Of a stretch of 64,000 nucleotides of DNA, positions 39,135 to 50,050 are shown piece after piece. Numbering within the stretch: the stretch's first letter is position 1; every line of letters begins with the position of its first letter. The notes beneath the pieces are model-generated. The model was given only the letters and a program-made list of their open reading frames with translations. It ran no database searches and had not been told where the DNA came from. The position numbers and the translations under genes were made by a program. The stretch comes from Antedon mediterranea (Eukaryota; Animalia; Echinodermata). The stretch is from positions 21,993,432 to 22,057,431 of the forward strand of contig NC_092679.1 in NCBI RefSeq assembly GCF_964355755.1, in the 5' to 3' direction.

Positions 39135-41035
39135 TCATTCTTTCTATTCCTAACATTCCTGTTTTCACCATCCTTTCTATTCCTAACATTCCTGTTTTCA
39201 CCATCCTTTCTATTCCTAACATTCCTGTTTTTCACCATCCTTTCTATTCCTAACATTCCTGTTTTTCACCATCCTTTCTCTTCTTAACATTCCTGTTTTC
39301 CACCATCATTTCTATTCTTAACATTCCTGTTTTTCACCATCCTTTCTATTCTTAACATTCCTGTTTTTCACCATCCTTTCTCTTCTTAACATTCCTGTTT
39401 TTCACCATCATTTCTATTCTTAACATTCCTGTTTTTCACCATCCTTTCTATTCTTAACATTCCTGTTTTTCACCATCCTTTCTATTCCTAACATTCCTGT
39501 TTTTCACCATCCTTTCTATTCCTAACATTCCTGTTTTTCACCATCCTTTCTATTCTTAACATTCCTGTTTTTCACCATCCTTTTTATTCTTAACATTCCT
39601 GTTTTTCACCATCCTTTCTATTCCTAACATTCCTGTTTTTCACCATCCTTTTTATTCCTAACATTCCTGTTTTTCACCATCCTTTCTATTCCTAACATTC
39701 CTGTTTTTCACCATCCTTTCTATTCCTAACATTCCTGTTTTTCACCATCCTTTTTATTCCTAACATTCCTGTTTTTTACCATCCTTTCTCTTCTTAACAT
39801 TCCTGTTTTTCACCATCATTTCTATTCTTAACATTCCTGTTTTTCACCATCCTTTCTATTTTTAACATTCCTGTTTTTCACCATCCTTTCTATTCCTAAC
39901 ATTCCTGTTTTTCACCATTCTTTTTATTCTTAACATTCCTGTTTTTCACCATCCTTTCTATTCTTAACATTCCTGTTTTTCACCATCCTTTCTATTCTTA
40001 ACATTCCTGTTTTTCACCATCCTTTCTATTCCTAACATTCCTGTTTTTCACCATTCTTTTTATTCTTAACATTCCTGTTTTTCACCATTCTTTTTATTCT
40101 TAACATTCCTGTTTTTCACCATCCTTTTTATTCTTAACATTCCTGTTTTTCACCATCCTTTTTATTCTTAACATTCCTGTTTTTCACCATCCTTTCTCTT
40201 CTTAACATTCCTGTTTTTCACCATCCTTTCTCTTCTTAACATTCCTGTTTTTCACCATCATTTCTATTCTTAACATTCCTGTTTTTCACCATCCTTTCTA
40301 TTTTTAACATTCCTGTTTTTCACCATCCTTTCTCTTTTTAACATTCCTGTTTTTCACCATCCTTTCTCTTAACATTCCTGTTTTTCACCATCCTTTCTAT
40401 TCCTAACATTCCTGTTTTTCACCATTCTTTTTATTCCTAACATTCCTGTTTTTCACCATTCTTTTTATTCTTAACATTCCTGTTTTTCACCATCCTTTCT
40501 ATTCTTAACATTCCTGTTTTTCACTATCCTTTCTATTCCTAACATTCCTGTTTTTCACCATTCTTTTTATTCTTAACATTCCTGTTTTTCACCATTCTTT
40601 TTATTCTTAACATTCCTGTTTTTCACCATCCTTTTTATTCTTAACATTCCTGTTTTTCACCATCCTTTCTATTCCTAACATTCCTGTTTTTCACCATCCT
40701 TTCTATTCTTAACATTCCTGTTTTTCACCATCCTTTCTATTAACATTCCTGTTTTTCACCATCCTTTCTATTCCTAACATTCCTGTTTTTCACCATCCTT
40801 TCTATTCCTAACATTCCTGTTTTTCACCATCCTTTCTCTTCTTAACATTCCCGTTTTTCACCATCCTTTCTCTTCTTAACATTCCTGTTTTTCACCATCC
40901 TTTCTATTCTTAACATTCCTGTTTTTCCTGTTTTTCACCATCCTTTCTCTTCTCAACATTCCTGTTTTTCACCATCCTTTCTCTTCTTAACATTCCTGTT
41001 TTTCACCATCCTTTCTATTCTTAACATTCCTGGTT
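39135..41035. repeat. 34-bp pyrimidine-rich minisatellite, about 55 copies
   Basis: Unit CCATCCTTTCTATTC(C/T)TAACATTCCTGTTTTTCA repeated in tandem. Confidence 0.98.
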
Positions 41036-44000
41036 CCTCATCATACACTACTGATCTAATGATCATTCTTTCTCTTCTCTTTACAATCCCTGTTTCACAA
41101 CCATTCACTTATAGCAAGTAAACAACTTTAAAAACCACTGTAGGTTTAGTATACATTCATTTTTAATACCATCAGTTCATTGTTATGAACAGGATTATCA
41201 CTACATTACCTACTGTAATTATTAATTACATGATCTAATTAATAATAATATACAGTACAGGACTAATTAAAGAAGTAAACAATACCGCTTTTGATACTGC
41301 TTTTACAAAAAAAGTCCAAACTATAAAAACAATCGTCCTAAAGTATCCAGTAGCAGAATATGCTTTTTATGTTATCTAAAATATGTTTGCAGCAAAAAAT
41401 ATGTATTAGTACTAATAAACGCAATGTGATAATTGGTCTCTTAGTAAAATCATAGACAATTATTATAAATGAATAGTATTCATGATTTAGTTCCATCATC
41501 AACAATTCTGTAAACGTCGATGTATTGATATGCAATTCATTATACACATTTTTACAGTGCTAACATAACATTATATTACAATATTATCTCTGGGCTATAT
41601 GTTTATATAAAACTATCGATAACTTTAGAACAATTATACAAAACACTTCTTTAATTAGCTATAGGATTATTAATGGATATGATAATTAATTCAACACACA
41701 ATTTTTCTTCTTAGTGACTACTCTTATCACCATATTAAAAAATGAGAATGACTTATAAACAAAAAAATATACATTTTTATAAACAAAACAGAAGAAAGGG
41801 TATGTTTAAAAACGAAAAATAAGGTTAAAAATGCAATCTTTTTAAATCTACTTAGGAATCATGTCAAAATTAATACTGCAGTTACTGCAGCAACTACTGC
41901 AATAACATATATTCAACCTGTTAGTGGCAGTTTCATCGCTGTTGGTTGTGAACTGAATAAAATAAAAAACTTTAAAAGAAAAATGTTTGTCTCACTGTAG
42001 AGGTTTTGTTTCTGCAACAAACAGTACAGTATCTATGTTTAGGTTAAAAAATGGACTTACTGCAGTAACTGCAGTAGGATAATTTTGACATGGTCCCTTA
42101 TTGTATCCCACAGATCAGGTATATTACACATATATACAATTTGTACAAAATTCATTCAAATAAATGTCTCAATTTTAACATTACCATGACAATCCTGGTC
42201 ACATGAATTGCACATAATATTTTCTATTCCCATTATGCTTTGTAATTAATAGATCATTAATATTAATTAAAAAATTCATTGTTAGTACCAAATTAATTAT
42301 CAAAATATGTGGTACAGTTTCTAAACATTTTGGTACAAATCTAATGTACCTATTCACTGTGTAGTTCAATGTCTCCTCCTCTAAAAATAAAACAAAAACC
42401 TAACACAAACTCTTAAACTTTGTTAACTGTATGTGGGAGATCTAAAGCTCTGTCTACACTATCAAACTTAATGTGACAAAAAACGTGATGTTCACATATA
42501 TGGACGCAATGACGTCATATCACTACCATATTTGGATACATCAAACTGTTTTGTCAAACTAGTTTGATAGTGTAGACAGAGCTATAAAGAGCCCAACAAA
42601 GAGTCAAAGGTTGGCTGTAGTTTTTGTTCATTTCACAGGAAAGTGTTCCTCTGAATAGGGGGTGTCCCAAAGTAGGAATTCCGCTGTAACAGATATTTGT
42701 AGTTAATATTAACCAATGCCCTTAAAATGTTTATAACAGCAAAAATAAACATATCGAAAAAAAAAATTATATATTTTTTTTCATAATGTATAACAAAAAT
42801 CTTGATTATCCAATCAATAATCATTGTGCGTTCAACTATATCATAACCTTTGAACCCGTAATAATTTGGTGGTTTTTAAATCTCCCTAAGAAAAAAAGGA
42901 GGGTTTTAATTTGGAGAGAAAGCGTAATCACCCTAAATTGAATATTAAGCTGTATAAAGGAAAAGGTATTTATTGTGGTCCTCAAGCTGGAAACTGAGGA
43001 CACTCAGATTAGACCCTCTACGGACCCACAGCAGACAGCCCATTCATTATTTCTATTAGGTTTAGTAGATTGTCAACAAACATGATGGTGGACATATTTT
43101 TTAAAGCCTTAATGGAAAACCAATATACACACACCACATCTTAACATTCAATGCCCATGTACTTATTTAAGGGCCAACAATGTAAATGAGCATAAAGCTG
43201 CATTCACACCTGCCAATTCATACGATTTTAAAAACAAAATGGCAGCATCTTGGTGTGAACATACCTTAAGCCTAATTGCATGGAAATGGGAGTAATAACT
43301 AATAAGTCAGTACATACAAATTTGCAGACTTTTATAACATAATGTGAAAGCCAAAGAGCAGCGGATCTGGAATTTTGAAATGAAGGGTAGAAGGGGAACT
43401 TAGCCCCTGCAACTGGATCTGTCTATTCCAAATACTTAAGGAAATATGTTGATATTAAAAATACTCCAACAATTCCAGTGTGAATGGATGCTTAGTAATA
43501 GGTGCACTGAAGCTGCAAAGTGCAACCATAGCCAAAAATGTCACAATCGTTAAAAGCTTTAGGCTGCAAGAGGTTGCACAACCCATTGACTTACCAGCAG
43601 TACTTGCAAACCAAAATTGAAACCTAAAATTATTAAGAAGCTGCATATCTATACACATATAAATGTATATTACATTTGACAGAAGAGAATTTCCAAACAG
43701 CAAAGTGATATTATAAACAATATATCTTTGCAACCAAAAGCATTGATGTCATCAGAACAAGTTGCATACAAGCTGAAGTAAAATAATTTTAGCTGCAAAG
43801 ATTCAATTAAAAAATGTAGCTGCAACTGTGTATTAAATGATAAAACACTGCTCACATATATTTGTGCAACCAATTTTACACATCGGAAGAAAGAGCTAAT
43901 TGTTAAACAATTACCAAACATTATAATACTTAATAGAATAGCAGCAACAACACTTACAAGCAAGTGGACAAATTAAAATCTGCATAAAACAAAAGTTTAT

Positions 44001-44165
44001 CTTATTTATCAATTCCTGCACAAAATTACATATTTACAAATCATAATTAAAATATTCTTAGTTCTAAAAAATTATTCTCAGCAGTTAAAAAAAACCCAAA
44101 TTGATCACATGATTGTAAAAAGCAGACTACATGTTGATGAGGATCAGTTAAACTGTTGATGAGAA

Positions 44166-46902
44166 TCAGTTAAACTGTTGAAGTATGCAACTGTTAGCTG
44201 CGTGGTTAGCTGCAAAGAGGTCACAGTCCGTACTGTCTACTACATTTATCACTTGGTTCATGTGAAGAATCTCGTTGGGCTGCCGTATGTTCGGCATTTG
44301 CTGCTGCTGCAGTAACAGACTGTGTTGTTTATGGTTTTGTAAAGTGTAAGGCGGTGGCAGTCTGGAAGGTAAAGATGTTTGGCCATCATACTGTTGGAAC
44401 TGGTTAGAGTCTTTGACAATGTTGTAAATAGCAGGTTGTTGTTGTTGTTGCTGCTGTATGTACATTGGCTGGTTCTGAGACATATTCATCATTTGAGAAG
44501 TTTGAGGCTGTGTAAAAGCCATTGGTTGTAAATTTGACAGATTCACCTGCTTCTCATGAGGTACCTGTCCATGGTATAACATATTGTTACTTATTTGTTT
44601 TCGCACTCCATTAGTTTGAACCACACGTTGCTGCGGCATATGATTCATAGGGTTTGATTTCATTTGTGGACCACTTAATATTTTGCGCATTTCTTCCTCG
44701 GGCACAAGCGGCACTGCTGGAGGTTGATGGTTGAACTGTACTGGTTGTTGTTGCTGATCCCTTGCTACTGGACTAACCATCATTGGCTGCTGTTGTGGCT
44801 GGAACATATGTGTTCTGGTTTGCTCAAAGTCTTCTCTCTGCATCTGCTGTCTTCTCAGAAATGTCTCCAGATGCTTCTCCTGTAGGTCCAATTTCTGTTG
44901 CTCATGTTTCTGTATTAAAAGTAATCTTTGGCGTTCCTGTTCCTCCTCAAGACTTTTTTGATGCTTCTGGAATTGCTCCAGCAATTGCTGATCCTCCATG
45001 TTGTTGTTCATCATTACAGGTCCCTGGACAACGTTTCCATTGGACAGAATATTGAAGTCACCTCCATGAGCTCCTTGTACATTTCCACTGCAGCCAGGTC
45101 GCGTGAGTAACGAATGAAGTATTGACGATTGTTTAGATTCTGAATCTAATTGCCCTGCCACACTAGTAGGTGAACTTTGATCTTTGATGTCAAGTTTTGA
45201 TATACGATCTGTTACATGGGCTGTAGGAACTTGATGCAACATGTGACCAACATTGTGGTTTTGTGGAGCATTCATTCGTTGCTGGGCACCATTCACTCTT
45301 TGTGGTGTGACATTTACACCATTAATTCCTTGCGTACCATTAGTTTCTGAAGGAGTAACATTCAGTCCTTGAGTATTAACATTTAACTCTTGTGATGCAT
45401 GTTTTACTCTTTGCGGAGTAACATTAATTCCTTGCGGAGTAACATTAATTCCTTGTGGAGAAACATTAAGTCTTTGCGGAGTAACATTAAGTCCTTGCGG
45501 AGTAACATTAAGTCCTTGTGGAGTAACATTAATTCCTTGTGGAGAAACATTAATTCTTTGAGAGTTCATATACGATGGTAAACTATGCACAGAGCCTTCT
45601 GGTGAGGCTGCCAATTGATTTTGTTCTCGTAAATAATCAAGGGAATCTGAAAGGGCATCATTTGTCGTTTGTCCATTCACATAACCTCTAGACTTATCAC
45701 AAGATTCTTGTGGCAGCTGAGTGCCCGTCGATAAATCATGGTCTGTGGGCTCAGTAATGATAACGCCTTCATTATCAGCTGGTTTAGTTAAATCAAAAAT
45801 ACCAGCTGAGATCATTGCATCAGCAGCAGAATTGTCCATAATGTTTTCAATGTTATATTCCAGGGTAAAATTGGCAATATCTTCTGGAAGGCTAGAGCTT
45901 TGTGGTCTGTTAATTTTTGTAAATGTTACATTCATAAAGTTACTTTGACCACTATTAGGTGGAAATTTCATTTTCATTGCATCTTCCAAGGCAGTATTGG
46001 TATCAGTATTTGTATCACAGTTTTGCGGACAACTGGTTAGAAGCTTTTCAAGAATACCTGGCACTTTGCAAACATTCGCTTTATCAAACAAGTCGTCGTA
46101 CTGTAGCGGACTGTCGACTGATTCCATCGTGATGCCAGGACTCATCAGCTGACTTAAGTTGTCAGGACTGTTGAGATTGAAAGATACACCAGCTGGAAGA
46201 TTTCCTGGAATATCTGGTGATTCAGAACTTTGTAAGTCTTCCATAGTAATTTCCATCAAGTCATTGAAAACACTGTCCTCTTCTGCGATTGACAACATAG
46301 TAGTGCTTTTACTACTTTGATGCGTTTGAGTTTCCGGTGAGCCATGAGGGCTTTCATTGGAACTACCCTCTGAACTGTGTTCACTGTGCATTGGGGAACC
46401 TAATTGTTCAACAGGCCATATAGCCTCTTCCTTTAAGACAGGACAATTTATTTTATTGGATTCAACCTGTCCAACAACAGAAGGTTTATTGACAATTATT
46501 GGCTTCGTATTTGTGTTGACTACTGGGCCAGCTGCTGATGTAGATTGTTGGGCTGGGAAGGTATTAAACGACGCAGGTGATGATTTCTCAATACCAACAT
46601 CCATTTCAATTGGACAATCATCCGTAACTTCTTGTTTCAGAAGTGCAGCAATGTTCAATGTTGGTGGAGGACAATAAGGCTTCTTGATAACAGCATTATC
46701 AAGAACCGGCTGCGGTATCAATTTAGCAATTTCAGCATCACACATTGTTGTCGATGACTCCGGAACCTCAATGATATCTGGAGAGGATGTGACTCTTGCC
46801 ATCTCCATCATGTCAGATCCTGGTGAAGAAACTCCATTTCCAATAACAGTCTCATTATGTTGAAGACGTTCTAGCATAAGGAATTTCTCTCCTTCTTCTT
46901 GC
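44166..46902 (-). CDS. bHLH-PAS (HIF-alpha/SIM/NPAS class) transcription factor, 2.7-kb terminal exon encoding a Q/S/P-rich tail
   Basis: Long ORF 44166..46997. The acceptor ttttaacag|G at 46903 joins it in frame to the PAC exon (YVIG|QEEGEKFL). Contains poly-Q tracts, LxxLL, PPPY and a heptad repeat. Confidence 0.9.
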
Positions 46903-47125
46903 CTGTTAAAAATAGATGAAAAAAAAATTAAGTTTCTTTTCCTACAAATGTGTATAAACTGGTGACACAAAAGTATAGATAGTAACAGCACCGTCATTGG
47001 CGTATAAATTTATCTATAAAGCTCTGTCTACACTATCAAAGTAGTTTGACAAAAAAAGTGATATGCCTAAATATGGTAGTGATATGCCCAAATATGGTAG
47101 TGAGTGATATGACATCATCGTGTCC

Positions 47126-48007
47126 CTACGCTCACGCTAGCCATTCGCGTTTTCGCAAATTGCGATTGAAGTTGTCAATTTGCGAAAAAAAATTTTTTAA
47201 TCATTCGCAAAACTTGCGAAAATAATTTTTCCTTAAAAACTCAAAACTTCGTCCGCCTAGGCCCTAGCTAGGTTTCAAATATTAAAGTTGTATGTAAACC
47301 ACAACGACTTCGCCGCCGTCGCCAGCCTATAATAAGTGACAGCGATGTAGCGTTACTTACCATCAACGACGTTTTTTCCGCTAGGAGGCCTATTTATTGT
47401 ACAGGCGAATAGTTGTAAATCGCGTTATCTGTAAATGTACACGCGCCCAACTAAGGAGAATAATTGTAATTACGAACAAACAAACAAACTGCGCATGTGT
47501 ACAGATGCAAATATCGCGCAATAACAAACCTGCTGCATGAACATTCCGACGTCGTCGTAGTTCGTTTTTGGTGTGTGTTACGATGTTTTCGTGAGTGAAT
47601 AAGAATTATATTGTTTGTGATGAAAAACTTCATCCAGGCAGTCTGCATATGCTGATAATTGAAGCCAATCATACATGACTCGGCCGTGGCATAGATAGTC
47701 AACTATTGAGTAGACCTCCTTGGCCGTGGCGACTGGTATCGCGTCAGGCCGATTAGGCTGCAGTAGATAGGCCTAACATTTTTTAATGCGGTCATGTTTT
47801 ATTTGTATTTTAATCACAAATTTTGAATGAATAAAAATAAAAACAATACAAGACAACAACCTACATATTTATTTGATGTATCTACCGTGAAATTTAGCCA
47901 TTTTCATGGTTTATAAAATTTGCGAAAGAATTTGCAATTTTGCAAAAAAAAATCGACGACCTTTCGCAAGTTTTGCGAAAGCAAATTTGACCTTAGCGTT
48001 AGCGTAG
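47126..48007. mobile_element. Unclassified TIR element with a 5-bp TSD, nested in a Harbinger-type MITE
   Basis: TIRs CTACGCTCACGCTA and TAGCGTTAGCGTAG, TSD TGTCC, and subterminal TTCGCAA/TTGCGAA clusters. The host MITE halves are at 47020-47125 and 48008-48050. Confidence 0.85.
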
Positions 48008-48062
48008 TGTCCATATATGGGCACATCACATTTTGTTGTCACACTATGTTTGCTTTACTTAC

Positions 48063-48207
48063 CCAATAACATAGTTCATGCAGACGACATACTGTGCCTC
48101 GTTGTTGGTATTGTAGATAATTGTTGCCTTTGTCTGCATCCAAACCCAGTCACCATTCTTACCAAGGAAACGGTAGTGTTTGGTAGAACTTGATCCTTTC
48201 ACGATAA
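48063..48207 (-). CDS. bHLH-PAS factor, PAS-B/PAC exon
   Basis: IVKGSSSTKHYRFLGKNGDWVWMQTKATIIYNTNNEAQYVVCMNYVIG parallels HIF1A [31 protein letters not shown]...IVCVNYVV. Canonical splice sites. Confidence 0.94.
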
Positions 48208-48914
48208 CTAGAAAAGATGTTTAACAAAAATGTTAAGAAATGGTCACCTTTTTATTGAATGGTCAATGTAACAACCTGATGTGGTAGCTACTTTAAATCC
48301 TTAACTAAATTGAAAGAGATGCCAATTGTTCTGTTATCATGTCTAATAAACTTTACTATTGTTGAGTTCACACATGGTCACTATCACAATATATGTTGCC
48401 AAAGTCAGCGGCTTGTTCACACACACATTCACAATCACAATCTATGATAACTCAAATCATTGTCATCATTTTACCTGTAATCTTGATTGGACAGAAGTAT
48501 ACCAAGAGCTGATTGGCTTCTAAAGAAACTACTACTAAAGTGCTCCTGATCCGACTGATCAGTCTATTCCGAGCGATCACTATGGTAAGCTGTTAGCTCC
48601 CAATGTGGATCAAAGTTCACTTGTGCGAACCAGCCCTTTAAGGTTACATTTCTACTAATCTAAAGCTCTGTCCACACTATCAAAACTTTATGTGATAAAA
48701 AAATGTGATGTGCCCATATATGGACATGATGATGTCATATCACTGCCATATTTGGACACATCACACCTTTTTTTGTCAAACTAGCTTAATAGTGTAGTCA
48801 GAGCTTAACCCATCTATTGTCTTAAAGATTTTAAAACCCATTTAAATTGTTGGTATGCATTTGTTATTTTAATGGTTTTTCTGTTATAAATAAGTTTGAA
48901 CGATTAGTACTTAC

Positions 48915-49021
48915 GTTTGGCATGACAATCACTAACTTTGTTTGCGTCAAGAGGGTTATGGAATTGGTAAGCAGTCTTTCCTATTAGTTCTTGAGGTTCA
49001 TACCCAATAAGTGTGATAATC
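48915..49021 (-). CDS. bHLH-PAS factor, PAS-B exon
   Basis: RIITLIGYEPQELIGKTAYQFHNPLDANKVSDCHAKL parallels HIF1A [26 protein letters not shown]. Confidence 0.94.
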
Positions 49022-49371
49022 CTAAATAATAAATAAAATCATATCATAGAAACAAAAGGAAAAAGACAACACCAGATAGGGGGAAATATTTGTACTAGGT
49101 TTCATTGATTCAAAGTTAGGATCCCTTTAGCGATGAGTTTAGTATTCAGTTTCAGCTAAAATTGTGTGATAAATTGTGACATTTTGAGATGGGATGTACG
49201 GGCCAGGGATTTAAACTACTAATTTCAGCAAGTCCTCGGAAATATTTGGTAGTGGAGCTGTAGTATGGTGGTTAATGTGATTGCCCACTTTGTGCTACGC
49301 CGTAAATTAGGCAGCTCTCTGTAAAGAAATATTAAAGAGCGACACCCCTCAGGACTGCCTATCTACCTTAC

Positions 49372-49556
49372 CTATCATCACAGAAAGTAAAGCTCATATC
49401 CATTCCATGTCTACTCATAAACATATTGCCATCCATCCGCATCTCTACAACTGGTTGTGGCAGGATCGGCCGACAGAGGCATATTAAACCTTCAACGCTG
49501 TACCCTTTGCTATTGGATGAGCACTTGAGTTTGAGACGTCCAGAAAATTGTACAAC
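49372..49556 (-). CDS. bHLH-PAS factor, PAS-A end / PAS-B start exon
   Basis: VVQFSGRLKLKCSSNSKGYSVEGLICLCRPILPQPVVEMRMDGNMFMSRHGMDMSFTFCDDR, containing the HIF-like FxSRHxxDMxFxxCDxR motif. Confidence 0.94.
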
Positions 49557-49922
49557 CTATTTTAAAGCACACCAAATATAATTTAGTTACACAATTATTT
49601 TTATAATCAACATAGCTACTTTCTTTTTATCATTTACCATCATTATTATTTCTTAATTAATTTTTTTTTTAAAAGAAGGTATGTTTTCCGGAAGTTTGGA
49701 ACTTGTTTTTGCCTGTTTTTACCGTTTAGTTTTCTGCTTATTTCATTTAAATCTCTATCTACATCAGGTCACTGATACCCACAGTATTGACATCTTTTTT
49801 ATAGCAATCTGTAAGTTAGTTTGCTCATTTTGGAAAGGTTTGTTAGTGGATAAAAAATGAATTTCTAGCCCTGCTAGGTGATAAATGGTGTTGATATAGT
49901 TTTTGTTACCAGCTGTACTCAC

Positions 49923-50050
49923 CCTGTAACCAACCACTTTCCCCTTGTTACTGGTTCCACGGCGTGAGTGCACTGACCGCATACGCAAGAAAAACTGCCT
50001 CTCCTGAACATAGTCCTTCAATGAATTGTTCTCCTCATTATCGTTGGCAG
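49923..50050 (-). CDS. bHLH-PAS factor, PAS-A exon; the upstream exons were not found in the window
   Basis: ERQFFLRMRSVHSRRGTSNKGKVVGYR corresponds to the ERSFFLRMKxxLxxRG motif of HIF/SIM/Trh. ttttacag acceptor and GTGAGT donor. Confidence 0.9.

Noticed and set aside
44783-46677. Plus-strand ORFs antisense to the large PAS exon
   Set aside because: Shadow ORFs caused by the codon structure of the real minus-strand exon.
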